A stretch of DNA of 39,965 bases from a virus (lineage: Duplodnaviria; Caudoviricetes), in the IMG/VR virus record IMGVR_UViG_3300048998_000218, positions 1 through 39,965 of that record; one strand, 5' to 3'. The notes under the pieces were generated by a model. The model was not told the origin of the DNA and did not search any database. It saw only the letters and a list, made by a program, of their open reading frames with translations. Positions 32,066-39,965 of this stretch are shown one piece after another (position 1 is the first letter of the stretch; every line of letters begins with the position of its first letter). Position numbers and translations under genes: made by a program.

Positions 32066-33634
32066 TTACGCGAACGAAAAGACCTTCTTGGCGCCCTTAC
32101 CCAGAGCCTTCTTACCCTCTTCCTGACCTTGCTGCCTCAGGAGCTGGCTCACGAACTTCTTGCCTCCAGACGTGGAGAGCTGCTTGACCTGCTGCTCGAG
32201 CTGCAGTCGCGTGGCAACATCTCTGAGCTCATGGTTGGACAGCGCCGCGGTTCCGCTCTTGGCGAGCTTTGCTCGAGCTTGTGCCACCTTGATGGCATCC
32301 TCGTGCGCAGGATGGTTCTCACCGCCGGTTGTCTCGATCTTGGTCTTGCGCTTGGCACCGCTAGGCACCACCGAACGTGCCGATGTAGCCACGGCATCGG
32401 GAGGTGGCTTACGCTGCCCCCACTTCATGCCCTTGATCCCGTGATGGGCGAGGAATGTCGCGCCAAGATCAGCAGTTTGAGCCATTGCGTCTTCGACCTT
32501 GTTGAGATCGGTGATCCATCCTTCTTCATCCATGATCACTTCGAGCGTGGTGAAGTCGGTGGCATCAGCATGTGCGATGTCACGTGCGCTGACGTCCCAA
32601 AAATGCTTCGAAGTGGGTAGAGCACCGCCTTGAGACGGCAGATCGATGCTGCGTTCGCGAATCGTATACTGACGATTGCCGGACGCGTTCGTCATCGAAT
32701 TGGCCGTGGACTCCAGCCGCTTGATGTAGGTCTCTCGCGCATCTTTGCGATAGGCCTTGGCTTCCTTCGAGAACGGTTTCTTCGCTCGATTGGTGAGCTT
32801 ACCGTAGTCGCCGTGTCGAGCTTTGACTGCGGGCAGATCCTCCTTACGGAACGGCTTCTGCGCCGCACCAATAACCAGCTCACGTGCTTTGCTACCGCCT
32901 GAATCATTCGTAGTGGTTCGAGATTCGAAGTTGACATCTTGAACGAACCGACTCGTGGCCTTTGCGGCCGAACCGACCTTGCCTCCAGTGGACTTGGCAG
33001 CATTTCCAACCGCCTTGGCTCCAGAACCGACTTGTTCCTTCCGAACACCCCAGCGCATGCCCTTCACACCGTGATGCTCGATGTCGCTGTAGGCGATGTC
33101 CATGGGGACTGACTCCAGCGCTTCCATCTCGTCCCAGTAGTCCTTGAGCAGGAACTCTGGGCCCTCGAAGTCGGCGGTCCACACTGCGATCTTGTTGAAG
33201 CAGACGTCGTAGAACTGCCAGGCCTGATCGTCGGGGATGGGATTGGCCGGGGTCTCCGGATAGCCCAATGTCAGATGCGGCTGCCACGGACCGTCGAACT
33301 GAGCGGCGGAGTCATAGGCCGTCTTGATGTTGTTGTCCTGCAGCAGCGCGGCCCGAAAGTCTCGAATCGCCTTGTAGTCGTAGCGGCCCTTCTTGAAGAA
33401 GAGCACATCCGCCTTGTCTGCTCCCAGTTCGTCGCGTCGATCCACCGGCAGGTAGAAGCGCTTCAGAGATGTGTTCGCGGCGTGCTCCACGAACTGCACG
33501 ATCTGCTCGAGGTTCGAAACCGCGTTCACATCACCGAGAAACAACACCGTGAGGTGCGGGATCTTCTCGCTGGAGACCTTCCAGACACGATCGTTCTCAT
33601 CCGGGATGGCCGCGATGACCAGATTGGTACTCAT
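32066..33634 (-). CDS. 2H phosphoesterase domain plus two HHG(V/I)KGM(R/K)WG modules
   Basis: PHLTVLFLG and PHLTLGY (two HxT motifs); HHGVKGMRWGVRK and HHGIKGMKWGQRK. Confidence 0.85.
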   Translation of the reverse strand: MSTNLVIAAIPDENDRVWKVSSEKIPHLTVLFLGDVNAVSNLEQIVQFVEHAANTSLKRFYLPVDRRDELGADKADVLFFKKGRYDYKAIRDFRAALLQDNNIKTAYDSAAQFDGPWQPHLTLGYPETPANPIPDDQAWQFYDVCFNKIAVWTADFEGPEFLLKDYWDEMEALESVPMDIAYSDIEHHGVKGMRWGVRKEQVGSGAKAVGNAAKSTGGKVGSAAKATSRFVQDVNFESRTTTNDSGGSKARELVIGAAQKPFRKEDLPAVKARHGDYGKLTNRAKKPFSKEAKAYRKDARETYIKRLESTANSMTNASGNRQYTIRERSIDLPSQGGALPTSKHFWDVSARDIAHADATDFTTLEVIMDEEGWITDLNKVEDAMAQTADLGATFLAHHGIKGMKWGQRKPPPDAVATSARSVVPSGAKRKTKIETTGGENHPAHEDAIKVAQARAKLAKSGTAALSNHELRDVATRLQLEQQVKQLSTSGGKKFVSQLLRQQGQEEGKKALGKGAKKVFSFA

Positions 33635-33652
33635 TTTGAAGCTTCACCTCCT

Positions 33653-34240
33653 TTATGGTGTCAGGTTGAGAACTTCGGCTTCGACGAGTTCAACCGTCCA
33701 CGCCGCAGATGTGCCAGCGTTGATGGACAAGCCGATCTTTGTCGGAGTAGTGGAATTGAACGACGCACTGGTGTTCTTGACCGAGGTGAACGTCCCAGTT
33801 ACATTCAAACCGGTGGTGACCAAGCGGTGAAGCAGGTTGCCGATGGCTTGAACTACGCCAGCGGCGGCGCCAACCGCACGAAACACCACGACAACTTCGA
33901 TCTCACCTTCATCGATGGCTCCGGTCTGTGCGGCGTAGGTCAGCGTAGTTATTGCGGCGTCGCCCGTAGTTCCCAGTGTTCCCATACGGATGGTGATCAC
34001 CGGAGCAGCAATTCCCGCCGCGGTCTTGACCACGTTGAACTTGCAGCGGTACTTGGTCCCCACCTTGATCTTTCCTACAGGGACCGTGACGCCAGACCCT
34101 GCCAGATAGGTGTCGGTGGCAAAGCCGGTCTGGGCGGCTGTCGATGCAACGTGGACGTCGTAGTTCCGGTTCGTAAGCGTCTTGATGTCCGCTCCGATGG
34201 CGGTGATCAGATCGAGGATCCGGCTTTGTAGAGAAGCCAA
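33653..34240 (-). CDS. Minor virion / fibre protein
   Basis: N-terminal SLQSRILDLITAIGADIK resembles the upstream gene; beta-rich C-domain. Confidence 0.75.
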   Translation of the reverse strand: MASLQSRILDLITAIGADIKTLTNRNYDVHVASTAAQTGFATDTYLAGSGVTVPVGKIKVGTKYRCKFNVVKTAAGIAAPVITIRMGTLGTTGDAAITTLTYAAQTGAIDEGEIEVVVVFRAVGAAAGVVQAIGNLLHRLVTTGLNVTGTFTSVKNTSASFNSTTPTKIGLSINAGTSAAWTVELVEAEVLNLTP

Positions 34241-34243
34241 GGG

Positions 34244-35407
34244 TTATGCCTTAGCCGTGGCGTAGAGCGCAGCTAGATCGGTGTCGGGGTTACCGAGCTC
34301 GGTCTGGCTGTAGACCGACAGAGTCCCTCGAGCGGTCGCTGCGTCGGCGTCGTCGATCAGGCTTCGTCCGAACGTCGTCAGAGTTGCCAGAGCCCATGCG
34401 CCCGCGCCCGTCGCGTACGGAAGCTTGTCTGCCGCCGAGACCAGAGCCGCGATGGCGGTCAGATCCGCATCCGAAGGCTGCGCACCGAGGGTTGCCAGCG
34501 CGGTTGCCGCATCAGCGTCGTCGAGTAGGGTTCGAGCGAACGTCGTCAGAGTTGTTAGAGCCCATGCGCCCGCACCAGTTGCGTACGGAAGCTTGTCCGC
34601 CGCCGAGACCAGCGCAGCGATGGCAGTCAGATCCGCGTCGGAAGGCTGAGCACCGAGGGTTGTCAGTGCCGCAGCAGCATCGACATCGTCGAGTAGAGTC
34701 CTGGCGAACGCTGTCAGATCAGTCAGCGCCCACGTACCTGCGCCCGTCGCATACGCCATCTTGTTCGCCGCCGAGACGAGCGCAGCGATCGCGGTCAGAT
34801 CCGCATCGGAAGCCTGAGCACCGAGAGTAGCCAAGGCGGTTGGCGCATCGACATCGTCGAGCAGAGTCCGGGCAAACGCGGTAAGGTCGGCCAGAGCCCA
34901 CGCGCCCGCGCCCGTCGAATACGGCAGCTTGTTCGCCGCTGAGACCAGCGCAGCGATCGCGGTCAGATCCGCGTCGAGTGGCTGCTTGTTGCCGAGGGCG
35001 GTGGTAACCGTTGAGGCGAAGTTGGCGTCATCGCCTAGAGCAGCAGCCAGCTCATCCAGCGTGTCCAAAGCGGCAGGAACACCGGCGCCGAGGATCGCCG
35101 TCTTGACAGCATCCGTCTCCTGCTTCACGCCTTGAGGCGTAACCGCCCGAGCGGTGTCGGTTCCGGTGCCCACTTCGGCCAATGTGGCGATCTCGATGAG
35201 ACCCTGCACTGTTGTGCTGGCTGCCGGAGGAGCGGAGGACTGAGCATCGACCTCGTTGATGGCGTTGACAAGGCTTGTCTTGTCTGTCGTTGTGAGCCCG
35301 GTGAGATCGCCAGAAGAAGATCCACTGATCCAAGTTCGAAGCTGTTTGTAGTCGGTGCCGATCGCCGTGATCAGGTCACCGAGGCGAGTCTGAAGTGACA
35401 AGATCAC
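34244..35407 (-). CDS. Fibre protein with four 56-aa tandem repeats
   Basis: LTTTDKTSLVNAINEV, ASTTVQGLIEIAT, LDTLDELAAALGDDANF; DADLTAIAALVSAA...LGAQ repeats. Confidence 0.85.
   Translation of the reverse strand: MILSLQTRLGDLITAIGTDYKQLRTWISGSSSGDLTGLTTTDKTSLVNAINEVDAQSSAPPAASTTVQGLIEIATLAEVGTGTDTARAVTPQGVKQETDAVKTAILGAGVPAALDTLDELAAALGDDANFASTVTTALGNKQPLDADLTAIAALVSAANKLPYSTGAGAWALADLTAFARTLLDDVDAPTALATLGAQASDADLTAIAALVSAANKMAYATGAGTWALTDLTAFARTLLDDVDAAAALTTLGAQPSDADLTAIAALVSAADKLPYATGAGAWALTTLTTFARTLLDDADAATALATLGAQPSDADLTAIAALVSAADKLPYATGAGAWALATLTTFGRSLIDDADAATARGTLSVYSQTELGNPDTDLAALYATAKA
34330..34975. repeat. Four coding tandem repeats, 168-bp period
   Basis: gtcagatccgc at 34458, 34626, 34794 and 34962. 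Confidence 0.9.
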
Positions 35408-35679
35408 ACCTTCGCATTCTCGTATAGGAGGGCTAGTGAGGGTCCGTCGTCATAGACGGGATGCGGCGTCTCCGAATTCACGTGTTCGGAAAGAGTTGCG
35501 TTTGAAGCGTCGGTTGCTTCTTCTGGGACAAAATAAGGCAACTCCACCCACCGAAGGATTCCGTTGCCGATCTTCATTCGACCGGTGTCCCGTTCGATTC
35601 CGGGTTCGCCGTCAGAGAGGATGGGGTTCGCTGCCGCCCATCGTCCTGATGTATCTCGACGTAACTTTAGCGTAAACAC
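35404..35679 (-). CDS. Small fibre-attachment protein (Mtd / hyaluronidase N-terminal-like)
   Basis: LRRDTSGRWAAANPILSDGEPGIERDTGRMKIGNG...W..LPY. Confidence 0.8.
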   Translation of the reverse strand: MFTLKLRRDTSGRWAAANPILSDGEPGIERDTGRMKIGNGILRWVELPYFVPEEATDASNATLSEHVNSETPHPVYDDGPSLALLYENAKV

Positions 35680-35687
35680 AACTCCCC

Positions 35688-36107
35688 CTAAGCGCTTCCG
35701 CCATCAAGGACGGGATCATCGCTGGTATCGGGATCTTCCATCACCGGTGGATCTGGATCAACCCAGTCGGTTCCTTCACGCCTGACACTGAGTCGCCATG
35801 TGACCTCTTCGAGCTGGTTCTTCGCCGACTCCAAATGAAATGTCGTCGCAGGCGGATCGAAGAGAAGACGCGTATGTAGAAGCACGAAGGTCTTGACTCG
35901 ATTCAGCTGAACGAGATTGTCTGCGAGAAAATCGGTCCATACTGCGCTGTCGTCTTCGATGGCGAAACCCGGTTCAGGACCCACTCCCAGATCGTTGAGG
36001 GTGGAGAACGCCGAGTTGATGTGCATCAAGATGTCGAGATCGAAGGTCTCATCATCAGGCCCGATCTGTAGCACCTTCTTCGTGCTCTTCAGGATACTTT
36101 GTTCCAT
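35688..36107 (-). CDS. Head-to-tail adaptor
   Basis: SILKSTKKVL...FDLDILMHINSAFSTLNDLGVGP...RLLFDPP. Confidence 0.8.
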   Translation of the reverse strand: MEQSILKSTKKVLQIGPDDETFDLDILMHINSAFSTLNDLGVGPEPGFAIEDDSAVWTDFLADNLVQLNRVKTFVLLHTRLLFDPPATTFHLESAKNQLEEVTWRLSVRREGTDWVDPDPPVMEDPDTSDDPVLDGGSA

Positions 36108-36168
36108 TCTCCACCTCCTTTACGAATTAGAGAGGCGGATGCCCGTAAGCACCCGCCCCCAAGGGTTT

Positions 36169-36381
36169 CTACGCGGCGGGGATCAGCTCGGCGTCGCGCA
36201 GGACGGCGAGGATCTCGTTGATCTTGTTGCGCGCGGCCACGGCTTCGGCCTGGACGTACGCTGCGCCCGGCGATGCGAGGTCGGGAATGGCAGCATGGCT
36301 GCTGGTGCGTCGCAGCTCGGCGTCGACGGCGTCCGAGACTCCCTGCTCGTGCGGGACGTGCGTGTCATCGATCGGTGTCAT
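36169..36381 (-). CDS. Small head-fibre-like protein
   Basis: AAIPDL...ARNKINEILAVLRDAELI C-terminal motif; AAAGG RBS. Confidence 0.7.
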   Translation of the reverse strand: MTPIDDTHVPHEQGVSDAVDAELRRTSSHAAIPDLASPGAAYVQAEAVAARNKINEILAVLRDAELIPAA

Positions 36382-36403
36382 GGTAAACCTTTCTTTGTTT
36401 GAG

Positions 36404-36437
36404 AAAAAGACAAGCCTATCCAGTACTTAGCTTGCCG
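36404..36437 (-). terminator. Intrinsic terminator-like hairpin
   Basis: GGCAAGC...GCTTGTC followed by TTTTT. Confidence 0.55.
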
Positions 36438-36496
36438 AACGTGGTGTCCGAAATCGGAAGGTACCCCCCGACACCGTACGGGACCACGAACTTGTG

Positions 36497-36763
36497 CTAC
36501 CTCAGGCTTGCGTCACCGGTACGCTCGTTGTGCACCTGACGCTCCTCGTCCAGCTCGGCCTGACGCTGATCCTCTGCGAGCGCCTGATCGAGACCGGCGT
36601 TCTGCAGGGGCAGGCGACTTGGCTTGTACGGCTCGACGGTCGACTTCTCCGTCTTCTCGGTCTCCTGCTCCTCGGCCGCCTGGTTCTTCTTCCGCGTGGC
36701 GGCGGCCTTCTTCGAAGCCTCACTCCGCTTCTTCGCCGCGGCGTCCTTCTTGCTTGTCGTCAT
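36497..36763 (-). CDS. Charged hypothetical protein (basic N-half, acidic C-half)
   Basis: AAGGGGG RBS; GC3 bias. Confidence 0.75.
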   Translation of the reverse strand: MTTSKKDAAAKKRSEASKKAAATRKKNQAAEEQETEKTEKSTVEPYKPSRLPLQNAGLDQALAEDQRQAELDEERQVHNERTGDASLR

Positions 36764-36788
36764 GCACGTCCCCCTTAGAAATCGGTGG

Positions 36789-37595
36789 TTACGAGTAGCT
36801 GTGCTTTCTCGCGTAGTCGGTGAAGGGTCGCGGATCGCGATCGCCGACGCCCTTCATGGTGTTGCCGCTGTTGACCATCAGGTGGATATGCCAGGCGTTG
36901 GCGAAGCCCGCGTGACCAACCGCCTGACCGGCGTGGACGACGTCGCCGACCTTGACCAACGCCTTCTCGGCGTGGCCGTAGCCGATGTGCATCCCCTTCT
37001 TGAAGGGCCCGGCGTTCTCGAGCACCTCCATCTGGATGATGCCGTCGCCCTTGGCCTTGAGCACCGGGTCGGTCGGAGCGCCGAGACCCCACCAGCCACC
37101 CGCGCGGACATCGATGATCTTGGACTTGATCATCGCGAAGATGATCGGATCCGGCAGCGTGACGACGTCGATGCCATCGTGGATTCCGGGGTGCCAGCCC
37201 CAGGCATCGGTGATGATCACCGTCGCCGGGCTGTGAACCTGGCCCACGCTCCCGTTTGCATGGGCAAACCGCTTGCGCAGGGTGGCTCGGTAGTCCTTGC
37301 GGTTCTGGGAATCGCGGGTCTTCTTCTGATGCGCGTTCAGCGACCCAGGCGCGTTACGGAGCAGAGTGCGAAGCTGAGGTGTGATGCCGTCGCGCATCTG
37401 CACGTGCGCCGACATGCCGTTGGCGTGAACCAGATCCGCCGTGAAGGATCGAGTCGCGACGCCATAATCGCCGTCCGCCTTGATCGGGCAGTCGATGCGC
37501 ATCTTCGCGAAGAGCTTCTTGACCTCGCGCTGCCACAGCTTGATGTCGTTCCCCTTCATGTGCGGAGACGTGACCTTGAAAATCCGATCTGACAT
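36789..37595 (-). CDS. Endolysin: peptidoglycan-binding-like N-domain plus M23 peptidase
   Basis: MKGNDIKLWQ...ADGDYGVAT; HDGID, YGH, VKVGDVVHAGQAVG, HIH M23 motifs. Confidence 0.88.
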   Translation of the reverse strand: MSDRIFKVTSPHMKGNDIKLWQREVKKLFAKMRIDCPIKADGDYGVATRSFTADLVHANGMSAHVQMRDGITPQLRTLLRNAPGSLNAHQKKTRDSQNRKDYRATLRKRFAHANGSVGQVHSPATVIITDAWGWHPGIHDGIDVVTLPDPIIFAMIKSKIIDVRAGGWWGLGAPTDPVLKAKGDGIIQMEVLENAGPFKKGMHIGYGHAEKALVKVGDVVHAGQAVGHAGFANAWHIHLMVNSGNTMKGVGDRDPRPFTDYARKHSYS

Positions 37596-37607
37596 TGAAT
37601 GCTCCTT

Positions 37608-38030
37608 TCACCAGAGCTTTGTGTCGCCGGGTACTCTCTCTACCGGCGCACGTGGAAGTAGTGACGCGTCTCCCCAGTGGATCGCGTTGTGTGTTCGACG
37701 AGAAGTGGTGATCAGGAACTCGGGATCGATGATCGCTTCCTCTCCAGCTACAAGATCTACCTCGGACAACGGGTTCATGTGATGAACCAGAAGACCGTGA
37801 TGGATCTCATGACCAAGGATGCCGAGATCACATCCCTGGTCACGCACGATGGCTTCATCTCTCGCAAGCTTCCACTGTCGTGATCGATAGAACTCTTGGT
37901 TCATCCATCGATCGAAACCGAAAGTTTGTTCGCCTATGAAGCCGTGAAGGTTGAGGTACTCGAACCGTTCCTCAAAGGTATGAAGTCTTCGAAGTTCTGA
38001 GTAGCGTCTAGTCTTCAACGAACTCTCCAT
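37608..38030 (-). CDS. HNH endonuclease (packaging-associated)
   Basis: FYRSRQWK...IVRDQGCDLG...VHHMNP...LITT...THNAIHWG; start uncertain (38030 or 38018). Confidence 0.88.
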   Translation of the reverse strand: MESSLKTRRYSELRRLHTFEERFEYLNLHGFIGEQTFGFDRWMNQEFYRSRQWKLARDEAIVRDQGCDLGILGHEIHHGLLVHHMNPLSEVDLVAGEEAIIDPEFLITTSRRTHNAIHWGDASLLPRAPVERVPGDTKLW

Positions 38031-38364
38031 CGATGGTATCTTCTTGACCCGACCCCAGGCCAGAATAACCACGCATCGCCTCAAGCGCGTTGACGTAGAG
38101 CTCCTCCACACGCTTCTGACCTTCGAGCTGTTGCTTCTTCACTTCCATAAGCTCGACCTCATGTCGCATACGCTCCTGCTCGAGGCGCTCACGTGTCGAT
38201 CCCATCTTCAGGAAATGCGTGATGACCTGCGAGGAAGCGGTGCCGCTTTGGATCTGCTCTTCGGCAAGATCGTAGGCAGCGGCTGACAACTCGAGTTCGC
38301 GTGACTCAGGAGACGTCGCTGGTCTACGACGGCTTCGGCCTGTGTCATGCCTTTGCCTTGCCAT
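38008..38364 (-). CDS. Probable terminase small subunit
   Basis: RRPATSPESRE...AYDLAEEQIQSGTASSQVITHFLK...EELYVNALEAMRGYSG; adjacent to the HNH gene. Confidence 0.7.
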   Translation of the reverse strand: MARQRHDTGRSRRRPATSPESRELELSAAAYDLAEEQIQSGTASSQVITHFLKMGSTRERLEQERMRHEVELMEVKKQQLEGQKRVEELYVNALEAMRGYSGLGSGQEDTIDGEFVED

Positions 38365-38399
38365 AAAGCGACTCTCCTTTCTGTTTCGTCACTTCGGGC

Positions 38400-38621
38400 C
38401 TACTTCTGAAAAGACTCAGTTCTGAGCAACCCACGTAAGAACGCTAGTCGCCACATACGATACGCCGTGGCCCAACGAACGGCGATAGGATCAGAGTTTG
38501 ATCGGACAGTTGGTAGATTGGCTTCGAGTTGCGCAATCTCGACCTCTGCTGCATGACGACTTTCTGGTAGACGAGTAACATCCATGGATGTTCCCTTCCT
38601 GATATCGTCTAAATCAGACAC
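38400..38621 (-). CDS. Hypothetical protein
   Basis: In-operon ORF; start may be the internal MDVTR after AAGG. Confidence 0.55.
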   Translation of the reverse strand: MSDLDDIRKGTSMDVTRLPESRHAAEVEIAQLEANLPTVRSNSDPIAVRWATAYRMWRLAFLRGLLRTESFQK

Positions 38622-38794
38622 CCTGGAGAAAATCCAGTGTCATCCGTTCTATCCGTGAGATCGCTACGCTCCGTCATTCGAAGACGTTCGCCCTCAAGGA
38701 TTGCTGCCTCACGTGCATCGATACGTCGAGCTGCCAGATGTCTGGTCCGCTCGTCCTCTCGTGCATTCGCAAGTTGTTGATCCCGTTCGTTCAC
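38609..38794 (-). CDS. Hypothetical protein, 61 aa
   Basis: GGAGG RBS before GTG (MNERDQQLANAR...); the longer track ORF overlaps the HNH-like gene. Confidence 0.55.
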   Translation of the reverse strand: MNERDQQLANAREDERTRHLAARRIDAREAAILEGERLRMTERSDLTDRTDDTGFSPGCLI

Positions 38795-38837
38795 TATACC
38801 GCGCCTCCCAACAAGGTATAGAGTTACTAGAACTTTA

Positions 38838-39134
38838 CTACTGTGATCCGTACAGACCCGCCTGCCGCAAGGCGTCGAGACTTCCTCCTGCTTCGACATA
38901 ACGCTCAGCCGCAAGTCGAGCGATCTTCCATAGACGATCTCGTCCAGGTAGCTCGCCATGCATGTGTCTTACGATTCGCTCATGGACACCGCGATGGCAG
39001 TTGGGACAGACCTCCACAGTACGACGATCGAACAACGCGCCTCGAAGAAAGTGTTGCCACGCCTGTGGAATAACGTGATGAGAATCCGAAGAAGGCTGCG
39101 GTGGAATGTGAACCACACGAGCACTACAGCTCAT
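38838..39134 (-). CDS. Small HNH-like / zinc-binding protein
   Basis: SHHVIPQAW...VEVCPNCHRGVH; GAGG RBS. Confidence 0.75.
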   Translation of the reverse strand: MSCSARVVHIPPQPSSDSHHVIPQAWQHFLRGALFDRRTVEVCPNCHRGVHERIVRHMHGELPGRDRLWKIARLAAERYVEAGGSLDALRQAGLYGSQ

Positions 39135-39152
39135 AAGGTCGACCTCTTTCGG

Positions 39153-39260
39153 TTAGAAGCCCAGTCTTTCGGCTTGAATCTGGATCTCTGCCTCAGCGTC
39201 TTCCGCCATACGATCGAACGCCATGTTCACGGAACGAAAGAGCCAATTGAGAATCTGCAT
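39153..39260 (-). CDS. Possible 35-aa protein
   Basis: MQILNWLFRSVNMAFDRMAEDAEAEIQIQAERLGF fills the gap; AGGAG upstream. Confidence 0.45.
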   Translation of the reverse strand: MQILNWLFRSVNMAFDRMAEDAEAEIQIQAERLGF

Positions 39261-39275
39261 GAAAAAGCACATCTC

Positions 39276-39614
39276 CTAGAAGCAAGCGTAGTAGGGGGCA
39301 GATCCGGCGGTGCTGATGTATTCGGATCCGTCGTTGCCACGGACATCGAACACCCGATAGCAACTGCCGTATCCGTACTTGGTCACATGGATCTCGACGC
39401 GGACTTCATTGGACGAGATGCGCTGGTACCAGCCGGTCTCGTTTGGGAACCTCGGACAGTACGCGTAGCTCGAGTTGCAGAAGGTGCGCCAAACGTGACC
39501 GCTGGCGTAGTTCTGTGCGTTGTAGACATGGAGATACGCCGATGCGGAAGCCGCCCCAACGACTGAAAAGATGACGGCGAGCAAAGTCGCCAACAGCAGA
39601 CGGAACTTGCGCAT
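39276..39614 (-). CDS. Secreted Tyr/Cys-rich protein
   Basis: Sec signal peptide MRKFRLLLATLLAVIFSVVGAASASA; four Cys; AGGAG RBS. Confidence 0.8.
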   Translation of the reverse strand: MRKFRLLLATLLAVIFSVVGAASASAYLHVYNAQNYASGHVWRTFCNSSYAYCPRFPNETGWYQRISSNEVRVEIHVTKYGYGSCYRVFDVRGNDGSEYISTAGSAPYYACF

Positions 39615-39652
39615 GTGTTTCTCCTAGAACAGTGGTTGACTACAAGCGAGGA

Positions 39653-39883
39653 TCAGCTTCCTCGCGCGATGGCGGCATTCGCCCAGAACATCACTTCCTC
39701 GAGTTTGGTGATTGCGAGAGACTGTTCACGAGTTGGCACTCCGGTCGTTTCGACCAGTTCCTTGGCTACGATGAGGCACACGGCTCGTACCCGCTCGTGC
39801 TTGTCCTTCGTGATCTGGTCGCTTGGGGGGTGAAACCTGAAGCGACGATTCAGCTGGTCAGTTGTGAGGGCGTTTGATTCCAC
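39653..39883 (-). CDS. Acb2/Tad1-hairpin-like protein (DUF7681-like)
   Basis: RFRFHPP...HERVR...REQSLAITKLEEVMFWANAAIAR; AGGAG/AAAGG upstream. Confidence 0.75.
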   Translation of the reverse strand: MESNALTTDQLNRRFRFHPPSDQITKDKHERVRAVCLIVAKELVETTGVPTREQSLAITKLEEVMFWANAAIARGS

Positions 39884-39965
39884 TCCTACCGCCTTTCAAA
39901 AGGGTTCTCTGGGGATAGGGTTTCGAATTGTTCCTCAGAAAATGTCCCCCGGGGACTTTTTGGGG

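Noticed and set aside
27388-35679. Diversity-generating retroelement suggested by the Mtd-like N-terminal domain
   Set aside because: No reverse transcriptase gene and no template/variable repeat pair seen.
1-39965. Prophage boundary or host genes
   Set aside because: No integrase, att site, repressor or housekeeping gene recognised; the whole window reads as phage.

Overview
About 40 kb of a GC-rich tailed phage (siphovirus) genome. All credible genes are on the minus strand. Gene content recalls actinobacteriophages of the ReqiPepy6 / Streptomyces BI / Arthrobacter AU type (recognised from memory, not searched). Reading right to left: (1) a probable genome-end region with an Acb2/Tad1-like hairpin protein, a secreted protein and HNH genes; (2) small terminase, M23 endolysin, adaptor and fibre genes; (3) a 2H-phosphoesterase polyprotein, large terminase, GNAT acetyltransferase, portal, and a protease-capsid fusion; (4) tail genes with an inserted papain-like protease, a ~2000-aa tape measure protein, minor tail proteins and a holin. 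The left 8.4 kb is a cassette array: 14 copies of a rigidly spaced promoter-like motif (minus strand TCGCG-N7-CA-N7-TA[A/G]T-GAGA). Ten copies drive a small protein gene. Four copies drive an ORF-less, end-paired multibranch RNA. A non-canonical tRNA-like RNA also lies in this region. The second candidate system is a recurring hydrophobic-x-His motif, a possible prohead-protease site, found in the capsid precursor and in HxGxKGMxWG-tagged enzymes that may be packaged anti-defence cargo.
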